Assembly: GCA_045632145.1 (NCBI GenBank)
Contig: JAZQWB010000015.1
Location: forward strand, 64,643-128,642
DNA length: 64,000 nucleotides
Origin: Eubacteriales bacterium
Lineage (GTDB): Bacteria; Bacillota; Clostridia; Oscillospirales; CAG-272
Reading direction: 5' to 3'
Position numbers and translations under genes: made by a program. This document shows positions 52,883 through 62,106 of the stretch, piece by piece (within the stretch, counting starts at the first letter, position 1; each line of letters starts with the position of its first letter). The notes under the pieces are model-generated. The model had not been told where the DNA came from and ran no database searches. It saw only the letters and a list, made by a program, of their open reading frames with translations.

Positions 52883-52946
52883 AAAGGCATTGTTAGGCGG
52901 TACACAAAGCGAACGCATACCTGGTGTGTCGCCTAACAATGCCTTT
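52883..52946 (-). other. Long intercistronic stem-loop (17 bp perfect, extendable to about 23 bp)
   Basis: aaaggcattgttaggcg (52883-52899) pairs with cgcctaacaatgccttt (52930-52946). Confidence 0.8.
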
Positions 52947-52955
52947 ACTTTTTAA

Positions 52956-52981
52956 GGTTGGGCGGGAAAACCCGCCCAACC
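52956..52981 (-). other. GC-rich intercistronic hairpin after the malE-like gene (no U-tract)
   Basis: ggttgggcggg - aaaa - cccgcccaacc. Confidence 0.8.
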
Positions 52982-53045
52982 TCTTATTTCAAGTAAATAA
53001 GTTAGCGTAAATTACGCAGTCAAATACTGAACAAATTCCTTATTA

Positions 53046-54263
53046 TTATTTGAAGAATCCGTCGATTGCAGAACGGTACTGTGCAAGAGCGGTTCTGATC
53101 TGCTCCTCGTTCTCAGCGGTGATGGAAGCGGAGCCAAGAAGCTTAGCGGTGTTCCACCAGTCACCGTGGATGTTGCCCTGAGGAATAGCGTGCGCACCCT
53201 GAGCTGCAAGAGCGGCAAGAGAAGCGTTAGCCTTTACCTCCTCGTTAGCCTGCGCAGCAACGTTAGAGGGACCCCACTGGAATTCAGCATATCTCTCAAG
53301 CTGGCACTCCTCACCGGTAAGGTACTGTGCAAGAGCGGAGCAGAAAGCACCTCTCTCAGCAGAGGTCTGAGGCTTAACAGCCATAAGCTTGTTACCGGAG
53401 AAGGAACCGAGCTGGTAGGTAGTACCGTCAACTGTGAATGTAGGAAGCTTGCAAACGCCGAGGTTCTCACCGTAAGCCTCTGCAGCGGTATTTGCATTCC
53501 AGATACCGGTTACAACAGCAGAAGAAGCCTCGAAGTCAGCAGAAGAGTTGTAGTATGCCTCAGACTGAGTAACGATCTGCATACCCTTCATAGCGATAAC
53601 GCCAAGATCGGAGTTCCAGTTATCGTCAACAGAGATGAACTGACCGTTGTCATCAACAGTCCACTCGGAGTGACAGCCAACACCGATGAAGAAGGAAGCG
53701 GTGTACCAAGCGTTCTCAAGCTCGAAAGCGAACTTAGTGCCAGCTGCCTCACATGCAGCAACGATAGCCTCGAGGCTGCTGGGATCGGTAACAACGCTCT
53801 TATCGTAGTAGAGATAGTAGCCGTTGTCGGAAGTCATGGGGTAAGCATAGAGAGTGCCACCAACAGATGCAGCGGCAACAGAGATGCTGTCGTTTGCAGC
53901 GGTAATGTTAGCAGCGGCATTCTTACCGGGAGCTGCAACTGCAGATGCCTGTACAAGACGAGCAAGCTGGTCCTGTGCGATACAGTAGATGTCGGGAGCG
54001 GATGCTACGTCGGTAAGAACCTGAGAAGTAGCGTCAGCCTCGGAAACGCCCTCAACCTTAATTTCATAATTGCTGTATTCGGGATGAGCCTCAAGGAATC
54101 TGGCAACCTGTACCTTAGTAAGATCGGAAACGCCCTCAACCTCAGAAACCCAAATTGTAATTGATTCCTTCTTGGGACCCTCTTCGCCACCGCCGAAGCA
54201 GCTAACGAGGCAGGAAAGAAGCATAACAACTACAAGTACAAGAGAAAAAATTCTTGTTTTCAT
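53046..54263 (-). CDS. ABC transporter substrate-binding lipoprotein (maltose/maltodextrin-binding-like, family 1)
   Basis: Signal peptide with lipobox 'LVSCFGG'. MalE-like blocks 'ITIWVSE', 'PDIYCIAQDQL' and 'IPQGNIHGDWWN'. Confidence 0.8.
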   Translation of the reverse strand: MKTRIFSLVLVVVMLLSCLVSCFGGGEEGPKKESITIWVSEVEGVSDLTKVQVARFLEAHPEYSNYEIKVEGVSEADATSQVLTDVASAPDIYCIAQDQLARLVQASAVAAPGKNAAANITAANDSISVAAASVGGTLYAYPMTSDNGYYLYYDKSVVTDPSSLEAIVAACEAAGTKFAFELENAWYTASFFIGVGCHSEWTVDDNGQFISVDDNWNSDLGVIAMKGMQIVTQSEAYYNSSADFEASSAVVTGIWNANTAAEAYGENLGVCKLPTFTVDGTTYQLGSFSGNKLMAVKPQTSAERGAFCSALAQYLTGEECQLERYAEFQWGPSNVAAQANEEVKANASLAALAAQGAHAIPQGNIHGDWWNTAKLLGSASITAENEEQIRTALAQYRSAIDGFFK

Positions 54264-54310
54264 TAGAGTAAATCCTCCTAAAATTATTTTTTGCGTCTAG
54301 CGCATTAATG

Positions 54311-54339
54311 ATTATATCATTACTGTTACTTTTTGTCAA
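54311..54339 (-). promoter_or_regulatory. Consensus sigma-A promoter (extended -10) for the malE-like operon
   Basis: On the minus strand: TTGACA (54339-54334), 17 nt spacer ending in TG-a, TATAAT (54316-54311). Confidence 0.6.
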
Positions 54340-54375
54340 TAACAATAATTGATGAATATTCATTTTCGGCAGTTT

Positions 54376-54417
54376 GCACAAAACGCCTTGGCATTTTTAT
54401 ATATTATGCCAAGGCGT
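54376..54417 (-). terminator. Terminator-like 12-bp hairpin downstream of the amylase gene
   Basis: acgccttggcat (54383-54394) / atgccaaggcgt (54406-54417), followed on the minus strand by tttgtg. Confidence 0.5.
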
Positions 54418-54569
54418 CTTATCGATTTATTGTGTTTTTAATTAATTGTTGGGTTGCTTAATAACACAGCATTTTTAAAATTTAAGTTCTCATAAAAATC
54501 GTGTCCAAAAAGCGGTGATTAAATCGCAAATTCGCGAATTTTGTTTAATTTTGACAATATATGTTTACA

Positions 54570-56150
54570 TTAATTCAAAATTGCGCTGGTTTTTCCGCCG
54601 ATTGTAAGGGTGTCCCCCTTCAGCTTTGCAGTGCCAACTCCGATGTAATCGCAGAGAGCGGTGACCGTCTTTGCACCAAGTCCCTCAAGGTTGGAGAGCG
54701 AGATGCTTATCTCCTCCTCGGAGGTGTTGTGTATAAGCAAAATGCTCTCTCCGTTATACTCGATAAGGAAGCCGCCGAGGTTGCTGTTATCGCTTGTGAG
54801 AGCGCTGTATTCTCCCCTGGCAATCGCGGGATATTTGTGACGGATGGAGATGAGTGCGGAGTAGTAATTCAGGAGGCTGTCCTTACTTTTTAGCTGATCC
54901 TTTACGCCATCCTTTATCTGCCTATCGTCGGAGTAGGTTGAGCCAACGGGATTTTCCACAGTATCAGAGTCACCCCAGAGCATTGCAAGTCTGCGATTGG
55001 CATCGGTGTTTGAGCTACCTCTCGAGCCTCTCATTCCAAGCTCCTCACCGTAGTAAATCACCGGTGAGCCGGGAGAAAGAAGGTAAAGATTTGCCGCCAT
55101 TTTCATATCCTCCGGCTTGAGAAACGTACCGCCTATTCTGTCCATATCATGATTAGAAAGGAAGGGCATCGGCATTCCATTGGGGTTTGCCGCCTGTACA
55201 CTGTCCTGATATCTTACAATGTAGTTAAGGAAGGTTAGGATGTTACTACCCTTTGCCGCAGGAGCTACCTTGCCCTCTGCACCCGAGGTGGCAAAGTTAA
55301 AGCAATTCATCGCCTCGTAATACTCGAGAATTTCGCTCTCGACAGACCAGCACTCACCTACGCAGTAAATGTCGGGAGCATAGGCGGTAAGCTCGTCCAT
55401 ATACCATTTCCAGAAATCCACCGACTTTTGAGTATCGGAGTAATAAACGTACTTGACAGCGTCAAATCTGAAGCCGTCGATGCCCATATCCAGATAGAAT
55501 TTTGCAAGAGAGAGCATATCCGCTCTAACGTCGGGGTTATCAAAATTAAGCTCGGGCATAGCCGAGGAGAAGTTGGACTCATACCACCAACCGCCACCGA
55601 AACTGGTATAGGTGGAGCCACCGCCTCTGGAATCTGCATCAACGCAGGAATAATAATCGTAGTATTTGCTCGCGGTGTCACCGCTAAGGCGTGCCTCTTT
55701 GAATTTCAAAAACCAATCGTTTTGATCCGAGCTGTGATTAATTACAAGGTCGAGAATTATCTTCACGTTACGCTGATGACAGAGTGCGATAAGCTCCTTA
55801 AGGTCATCCATAGTGCCGAATTGCTCGTCAATCCTGTAGTAATCAATAGCATCATACTTATGATAAGAGGGGGACTCAAAGATAGGAGAGAGCCAGATGC
55901 CCTGCACACCCAGGTCCTTGCCACCGTTAACGTTGCCGTCATTCAGGTAATCCATACGGTTGATTATGCCTCGAAGGTCTCCGATGCCGTCACCGTCAGA
56001 GTCGGAGAAGGAGCCGACGAATATCTGATAAAAGGTTCTGTAGTTATCGCTTACAGGATCCACCTCCGCAGGCCTTACACAGCCATAAAGCGAAAGTATG
56101 GGCAGAAGCATAGTAATAATAAGCAGAAGGCTTAGGGTCTTGTTCTTCAT
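54570..56150 (-). CDS. GH13 alpha-amylase family lipoprotein
   Basis: Lipobox 'LSLYGC'. All four GH13 conserved regions are present: 'DLVINHSS', 'GIDGFRFDAVKY', 'CVGECW' and 'FLSNHD'. Confidence 0.9.
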   Translation of the reverse strand: MKNKTLSLLLIITMLLPILSLYGCVRPAEVDPVSDNYRTFYQIFVGSFSDSDGDGIGDLRGIINRMDYLNDGNVNGGKDLGVQGIWLSPIFESPSYHKYDAIDYYRIDEQFGTMDDLKELIALCHQRNVKIILDLVINHSSDQNDWFLKFKEARLSGDTASKYYDYYSCVDADSRGGGSTYTSFGGGWWYESNFSSAMPELNFDNPDVRADMLSLAKFYLDMGIDGFRFDAVKYVYYSDTQKSVDFWKWYMDELTAYAPDIYCVGECWSVESEILEYYEAMNCFNFATSGAEGKVAPAAKGSNILTFLNYIVRYQDSVQAANPNGMPMPFLSNHDMDRIGGTFLKPEDMKMAANLYLLSPGSPVIYYGEELGMRGSRGSSNTDANRRLAMLWGDSDTVENPVGSTYSDDRQIKDGVKDQLKSKDSLLNYYSALISIRHKYPAIARGEYSALTSDNSNLGGFLIEYNGESILLIHNTSEEEISISLSNLEGLGAKTVTALCDYIGVGTAKLKGDTLTIGGKTSAILN

Positions 56151-56611
56151 TTTGTTACACCTTTACAAATTCTAATATTGGTTTTTACATCTGTTAAGCT
56201 TGACTAATAATATGATATCACACCGAGAAGAAAAAATCAATCACCATTTTTTATTTTTTAAATTCCCCGAGTTTTAAGTCAAAAACAGGTTGTTTTGTGG
56301 CTTTTTGACAACAATATTTTACATTTTTCCAACTTTTTTTCGTCTCGGACAAGACACTTCGCATCTCCCGATTGCTTGGTTTGTGTGTGCGTTTTTAATC
56401 CGGATGTCCAAGGCTACTGCAAATCCCCCCCTCTTGTCTTGCGAGTGAATGCATCATTTCCCTGCCGGTTTTTGCGTTAATCCTTCGACAGGTTTGTGCA
56501 TAATACATAAATAAAGAACAAAATTTTTATAATATTTTTTTAAATTTGAGAGTTGATTTTCCTGTCGCTTTGTGCTAGAATATACTTGACCTATTGCGTT
56601 TTGACATCGCG

Positions 56612-56663
56612 AACGCGTTTACGCGTTATAAATATTTAATTATAATGAACGTTTTTTCGTTCA
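56612..56663 (+). promoter_or_regulatory. Candidate promoter with two palindromes upstream of the RDD/ABC operon
   Basis: Perfect inverted repeat aacgcgt-tt-acgcgtt (56612-56627) overlaps a weak -35, TTTACG (56618-56623). After a 17 nt spacer comes TATAAT (56641-56646). A second palindrome, tgaacg-tttttt-cgttca (56646-56663), follows. Confidence 0.35.
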
Positions 56664-56681
56664 AACCACCAAGGAGCACCT

Positions 56682-57500
56682 ATGATTTACGATATCCAAA
56701 AGGCCAGTCTCACCAAGAGACTGTCCGCCTTCCTATTCGACTTTGTCCTGATGACAATATTTGTGACCGGATTTATGCTTTTGCTTTCCTTTATTCTCGG
56801 TTACGACGGCTATGCTCAGGGCCTGCAGGACAGACTGTCCGCAATTAATGAAAAATACCACATCACAGAGCTTGAGGAAAAGTACAAGGACTCCGAGGGT
56901 TTCGTTGTAAGCTATGAGCAATACCAGTACATGACCGAGGAGGAGAGAGCGGTGCTTCCCGAGGAAGTGACCACCGCCTTCGACGCCTGTCTCGAAGAGA
57001 CAAACAACGACGATGAGTCCATCAGACTTTACGCAACCATCATGAATCTGTCGCTCGTGATACTTTCCTGCAGTATTCTGCTGTCCTATCTTGTTCTGGA
57101 ATTTGCCGTTCCCCTCTTCCTTGGAAACGGACAGACCCTCGGCAAAAAGATCTTCTCTATCGCACTTATGAGAAGCGACTGTGTTAAGATCTCTCCCACG
57201 GTGCTCTTCATACGCACCATTCTGGGCAAGTACACCATCAGCACTATGGTGCCCGCCCTCATGCTTTTGATGCTTTTATTCGGAGCAGCTCCGATTATGC
57301 CTTTGGCAGTTATACTTCTCATTCTCCTCCTGCAGGTTGTTATTATGATAACCTCAAAGACCAACTCGCTTATCCACGACAGCCTTGCGTCCACGGTGGC
57401 GGTTGATCTGCAGAGCCAGATGATTTTCGACAGCCCCGAGGCATTAAACGAGTACAAGCTCCGTCTGCACCGCGAGGAAGCAGAAAAGGCAGAGTATTAA
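56682..57500 (+). CDS. RDD family membrane protein
   Basis: 'ASLTKRLSAFLFDFVLMTIF' and 'GQTLGKKIFSIALMRSD'. RBS AAGGAG. Confidence 0.75.
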   Translation: MIYDIQKASLTKRLSAFLFDFVLMTIFVTGFMLLLSFILGYDGYAQGLQDRLSAINEKYHITELEEKYKDSEGFVVSYEQYQYMTEEERAVLPEEVTTAFDACLEETNNDDESIRLYATIMNLSLVILSCSILLSYLVLEFAVPLFLGNGQTLGKKIFSIALMRSDCVKISPTVLFIRTILGKYTISTMVPALMLLMLLFGAAPIMPLAVILLILLLQVVIMITSKTNSLIHDSLASTVAVDLQSQMIFDSPEALNEYKLRLHREEAEKAEY

Positions 57501-57545
57501 ACTAGTTAGTAAATCAAATAATATTTATATAAGATTGGAGATTTT

Positions 57546-58643
57546 ATGAAAGTCGTATTACAAGACCTCACAAAAGTCTTCCCCAACCGCGACAAGAAAA
57601 AGGTTGGAGAGGACGTTGTAGCTGTAAACAGCTTCAATTTTGAAATTCCGGACGGTAAGCTTATCGGCCTCCTCGGCCCCTCCGGTTGTGGTAAGTCCAC
57701 TACTCTCTACATGATCAGTGGCTTGCAGAGACCCTCTTCGGGTAAGATCTTCTTCGGCGACGAGGATGTTACCGATCTTCCCACAGAGAACCGTGGCGTT
57801 GGTCTGGTATTCCAGAACTATGCGCTCTATCCTCACATGACCGTAAAGCAGAACATCCTCTTCCCCCTCCAGAACCTTAAAGGTGCGGACAAGCTTGAAA
57901 AGGACGTTATGCTTGAGAGAGCATACGAGGCAGCAAGACTCGTTCAGATCGACGAGCTTATGGACAGAAAGCCCAGCGAGCTTTCCGGCGGTCAGCAGCA
58001 GAGAGTTGCTATCGCAAGAGCTCTTGTAAAGATGCCCCGCGTTCTTCTTCTCGACGAGCCCCTTTCCAACCTTGACGCACGTCTTCGTCTCCAGACCCGT
58101 GAGGAGATCAAGAGAATCCAGAAGGAAACCGGCATCACCACTATTTTCGTAACTCACGACCAGGAAGAGGCTATGTCCATTTCTGACTTCATCGTAGTTA
58201 TGAAGCTCGGTACCGTTCAGCAGATCGGTAAGCCTCAGGCTGTTTATGATGATCCTGCTAACCTCTTTGTTGCCAAGTTCCTTGGTACTCCCCCCATCAA
58301 CGTATTTGAGGGTGAGGTTGTTGACGGCAAGCTTCTTATCGGCGGCGCAGAGGTTCTTGAGGTTCCCGGCGTAGCTAACCAGCCCGTTACCGTTGGTATC
58401 CGTCCCGAGGGCTTCAATCTCGATGCTGAGGGCAAGTTCGTTGTAGAGCTTTCCAACCTCGAGGTTATGGGCCGTGACGTAAGCGTTGTTTCCAAGCATC
58501 AGAGCTCTCTCAACCCCGTTGTTAGATCTATCATCAACTCTGATTCCAACATCGACGAGAATGCCGAAACCGTAAGCTTCTCCCTTAAGCCTCACAAGGT
58601 ATTCCTCTTCAACAAGGAAACCGAAGAGAGAATTTATTTCTAA
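57546..58643 (+). CDS. ABC transporter ATP-binding protein (MsmX/UgpC type)
   Basis: 'GPSGCGKST', 'LSGGQQQRVA' and 'LLDEPLSNLD'. Confidence 0.9.
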   Translation: MKVVLQDLTKVFPNRDKKKVGEDVVAVNSFNFEIPDGKLIGLLGPSGCGKSTTLYMISGLQRPSSGKIFFGDEDVTDLPTENRGVGLVFQNYALYPHMTVKQNILFPLQNLKGADKLEKDVMLERAYEAARLVQIDELMDRKPSELSGGQQQRVAIARALVKMPRVLLLDEPLSNLDARLRLQTREEIKRIQKETGITTIFVTHDQEEAMSISDFIVVMKLGTVQQIGKPQAVYDDPANLFVAKFLGTPPINVFEGEVVDGKLLIGGAEVLEVPGVANQPVTVGIRPEGFNLDAEGKFVVELSNLEVMGRDVSVVSKHQSSLNPVVRSIINSDSNIDENAETVSFSLKPHKVFLFNKETEERIYF

Positions 58644-58654
58644 GGAGTTAGACT

Positions 58655-59629
58655 ATGGTTGACAACAAACAACAATGGAAGGCCTGGTTGTATCTTGCTC
58701 CCGCGATTTTCTTTCTTCTTATATTTACAGTATGGCCTATCTTCAATACTTTAAGACTCGCATTCCTTGACGGATACGACTCCTCCATCGAGCTTCTCTG
58801 GCTCAGAAAAGGTCAGTACCGCGGAGATGCATATCCCTTTACCGTCGGAATTCAGAACTTCATTACCGTTGTACAGAACGACGAGTTCTTCACCATTCTT
58901 AAGAACACTCTCCTTCTTACCGTATTGACTGTTCCCCTTTCCACCTTTATCGCACTCGTTATTGCGGTATCTCTTAACTCTATTAAGTTCCTTAATAGAT
59001 TCCTTCAGACTATCTATTTCCTTCCCTACGTTACCAACTCCATCGCGATCGGTATCGTATTTGCGGCCATGTTCACGATGAGTGTGCGAATGAACAACGG
59101 TGAACGAATTATTGAGACCGCGGGTATCATAAACGATATTTTAGGAATATTTAATGTCGAGCCTGTAGACTGGATGGGATCACAGCATCCTATGTCCTAC
59201 TGGCACAATATGACAGTAATGGTGGTTTACATAGTATGGAACGCACTGCCCTTCAAGATTCTTATTCTTCTCGGCGGTCTCCAGTCTGTTAACAAGCAGT
59301 ACTATGATGCAGCAAAGGTTGACGGTACATCCAAGATCAGAACCTTTACCCACATTACAGTTCCGCTCCTCTCTCCCATGATTGCCTACGTAGTAATTAC
59401 AGGCTTCATCGGTGGATTCAAGGAGTACACCAGCATCGTCGGTGTATTCGGTGAGTCTATGGGTCCTGTTGGTGACGCATACAGACTTAACACCATGGTA
59501 GGTTACATCTACAAGTACATCGCAAGCAACCAGGGTCGTGCCAGCGCCGCTGCACTCATCCTGTTCGGTATCATCTTCCTGGTTACCATGATTAACCTCA
59601 AGGTAAGCAGCAAGAAGACTCAGTATTAA
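58655..59629 (+). CDS. Carbohydrate-type ABC transporter permease
   Basis: EAA loop 'VNKQYYDAAKVDGTSKIRTFTHITVP'. RBS AAGGAG. Confidence 0.85.
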   Translation: MVDNKQQWKAWLYLAPAIFFLLIFTVWPIFNTLRLAFLDGYDSSIELLWLRKGQYRGDAYPFTVGIQNFITVVQNDEFFTILKNTLLLTVLTVPLSTFIALVIAVSLNSIKFLNRFLQTIYFLPYVTNSIAIGIVFAAMFTMSVRMNNGERIIETAGIINDILGIFNVEPVDWMGSQHPMSYWHNMTVMVVYIVWNALPFKILILLGGLQSVNKQYYDAAKVDGTSKIRTFTHITVPLLSPMIAYVVITGFIGGFKEYTSIVGVFGESMGPVGDAYRLNTMVGYIYKYIASNQGRASAAALILFGIIFLVTMINLKVSSKKTQY

Positions 59630-59642
59630 GGAGGTAAACGAA

Positions 59643-60563
59643 ATGGCTAATCTTACTTCACGCACCATGCAGGAACAGGATTTCGGCAAGGTTACCTCTA
59701 CACAGAAGGTTATGAGAGTTCTTGGAATAGTCCTCAACTACGCATTCCTTCTTCTTGTTGCTTTCACCGTTCTTCTTCCCTTCTACTGGATGATCATCTC
59801 CTCTGTTAAGTCTCTTGGCGAGTACAGACTTGATCCCCCCACACTCTTCCCCGTAGAGTTCCACTTTGATAACTATCTCTATGCTTTCCAGACAGTTAAT
59901 CTTGGCAGACTCTTCCTCAACACTATTTTCGTTGGTGTGGTATCCACTCTTCTTTCTCTTGTGATCACCATTCTCTCGGCGTTCGCATTTGCAAGACTTG
60001 AGTTCAAGGGCAAGAACGCACTCTTCGCAGGACTTCTTGCAACCATGATGATCCCCGGTGAGCTCTTCACCATCACCAACTATCAGACCATGGCACAGTT
60101 CGAGGACACCTACTTCATCCTTATCGTTCCCTTCCTCGTAAGTGTGTTCTACATCTACCTTCTCCGTCAGAACTTCCTTCAGGTTCCCAACGAGCTTTAC
60201 CTCGCCGCTAAGGTTGACGGTACCAGCGACTTCAAGTACCTCTGGAAGGTTATGATCCCTCTCGCACTTCCCACCATTATCTCCATCACCATTCTTAAGA
60301 TGATGGGCTCCTGGAACACCTACGTATGGCCCAACCTTGTAATCAACGACGTTGACCTTCAGATGATTACTCAGGGTATCCGTAACGCAGGCTTCAAGTT
60401 CGAGATCGATTATGAGCTCGGTCAGATGTTCCAGTCCGATATGGTTAACATCCCCGTACAGATGGCGGCGGTTGCAACCGTATCTCTTCCTCTCTTTGTT
60501 GTATTCCTCTGCTTCAGAAAGTACATCATGAAGGGCGTATCCAGAAGTGGTATCAAGGGTTAA
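59643..60563 (+). CDS. Carbohydrate-type ABC transporter permease
   Basis: 'VPNELYLAAKVDGTSDFKYLWKVMIP'. RBS AAGGAGG. Confidence 0.85.
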   Translation: MANLTSRTMQEQDFGKVTSTQKVMRVLGIVLNYAFLLLVAFTVLLPFYWMIISSVKSLGEYRLDPPTLFPVEFHFDNYLYAFQTVNLGRLFLNTIFVGVVSTLLSLVITILSAFAFARLEFKGKNALFAGLLATMMIPGELFTITNYQTMAQFEDTYFILIVPFLVSVFYIYLLRQNFLQVPNELYLAAKVDGTSDFKYLWKVMIPLALPTIISITILKMMGSWNTYVWPNLVINDVDLQMITQGIRNAGFKFEIDYELGQMFQSDMVNIPVQMAAVATVSLPLFVVFLCFRKYIMKGVSRSGIKG

Positions 60564-60639
60564 TCCCTCCACTTCTCTTAAAGTTTGTGTTAAATGCGAA
60601 TAACGCTTAACAAATTATAATTTTCGAAAGGAAAAAACA

Positions 60640-62067
60640 ATGAAAAAATCACTCGTTTCTCTCCTCCTTCTCGTAGCAATGATGTTTAACATCTTTGCAA
60701 TGCTCACCTCTTGCTTTGGTGGCGGCGGCTACGTAAAACAGACCTATGATGGTGCTTATGACGGCTCTGCTGTAACCATCTCCTTCTGGCACTCCATGGG
60801 TGCTGAGAACAAGGCACTTCTCGACTCCGCAATCGCAAGATTCAACGAGATCTACCCCAACATCAAGGTTGAGCACCAGTCCTACGGCGACTACGACGGC
60901 GTATTCGACGTAATCAGAACCAAGCTCACCGCAGGTAAGCAGCCCAGCTTTGCATTCTGCTATCCTGACCACGTTGCTACCTACAACAAGTCCGAGTCTG
61001 TTATCTGCCTCGACGACCTCATCAACAACAAGAACGTTCTTGAGTCCGGTGAGATGATGGGCTTCACCGATGCACAGATCGCTGACTTCATCCCCGCTTA
61101 CTTCAACGAGGGTAAGGAATACGGCGACGGCAAGATGTACTCCATCGCATTCCAGAAGTCTACTGAGGTTCTCTACTACAACAAGACCATCGTAGATCCC
61201 ATCATGGCTCAGCTCGGCGTTGACGCTCTTGACACTTGGGACAAGGTTGAGCTTGTTATCAAGGAGCTCAAGAACCAGTATCCTATGTCTACTCCTCTCG
61301 GCTATGACTCCTCCGAGAACTTCTTCATCACCCTTTCCATTCAGAACGATGCTCCCTACACCTCCGCAACCGGCGAGCACTACCTCTTCAACAACGACAA
61401 GTCCAAGGCATTTGTTGCTAAGTTTGCTGAGTGGTATCAGAAGGGTTGGATGACCACCTCCGAGCTTATGGGCGGCTCCTACACCTCCGACGCCTTCAAG
61501 AAGGGCAACGACGAGAGCGGTAAGGTATTCATGTCCATCGGTTCCTCCGCAGGTGCTAGATACCAGAGACCTGACAAGGTTAACGGCGAGTATCCCTTCG
61601 AGGTTGGTATCGTTTCCATTCCTCAGACCGCGGGCAGCAAGAAGGTTATCTCTCAGGGTCCCTCTGTATGTATCTTCGAGCCCGCAAGCGGTAACGTTCA
61701 GGAGGTTTACGCTTCTTGGCTTCTCGTTAAGTTCCTCACTACCGATGCAAGATTCCAGGCTGAGTACTCTATGAAATCCGGTTACGTTCCCGTAATCCAG
61801 TCCGTATACGAGACCAAGCAGTATCAGGATTCTCTTGCAAAGGCTGACGGCGGCGACTTCATCACCGCTCTTGCAGCAAAGGTTGCTCTTGAGCAGAAGG
61901 ATTACTACTTCACCTCTCCCGCATTCCCCGGCTCTGCAGATGCTCGTACCCAGGTTGGTCTTCTTGTTGAGGCTGTATTCACCAAGTATCAGCTTAACGG
62001 TGACAACACCGCTATGATGAACGAGCAGTTCAAGAAGTTCTTCGATATCTGTAAGGCAAACGACTAA
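60640..62067 (+). CDS. ABC transporter substrate-binding lipoprotein (family 1), substrate unknown
   Basis: Lipobox 'LTSCFGG'. It is 475 aa and has the family-1 SBP layout ('ITISFWHSMG'). Confidence 0.8.
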   Translation: MKKSLVSLLLLVAMMFNIFAMLTSCFGGGGYVKQTYDGAYDGSAVTISFWHSMGAENKALLDSAIARFNEIYPNIKVEHQSYGDYDGVFDVIRTKLTAGKQPSFAFCYPDHVATYNKSESVICLDDLINNKNVLESGEMMGFTDAQIADFIPAYFNEGKEYGDGKMYSIAFQKSTEVLYYNKTIVDPIMAQLGVDALDTWDKVELVIKELKNQYPMSTPLGYDSSENFFITLSIQNDAPYTSATGEHYLFNNDKSKAFVAKFAEWYQKGWMTTSELMGGSYTSDAFKKGNDESGKVFMSIGSSAGARYQRPDKVNGEYPFEVGIVSIPQTAGSKKVISQGPSVCIFEPASGNVQEVYASWLLVKFLTTDARFQAEYSMKSGYVPVIQSVYETKQYQDSLAKADGGDFITALAAKVALEQKDYYFTSPAFPGSADARTQVGLLVEAVFTKYQLNGDNTAMMNEQFKKFFDICKAND

Positions 62068-62106
62068 TACAGGCTAAACAAATAATTATTTAGAGTGTAT
62101 AAAAAT

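Noticed and set aside
54292-54304. tgcgtctagcgca near the malE-like TSS as a LacI/MalR-type operator or cre site
   Set aside because: Only the outer 4 bp are symmetric. It lacks the central CG and the half-site spacing of cre or LacI-family operators. No regulator gene is present in the window.
56295-56480. A 61-aa ORF in the long amylase/RDD intergenic region
   Set aside because: It has a non-ATG start, no RBS, odd composition and no recognisable motif. I treat the region as non-coding.
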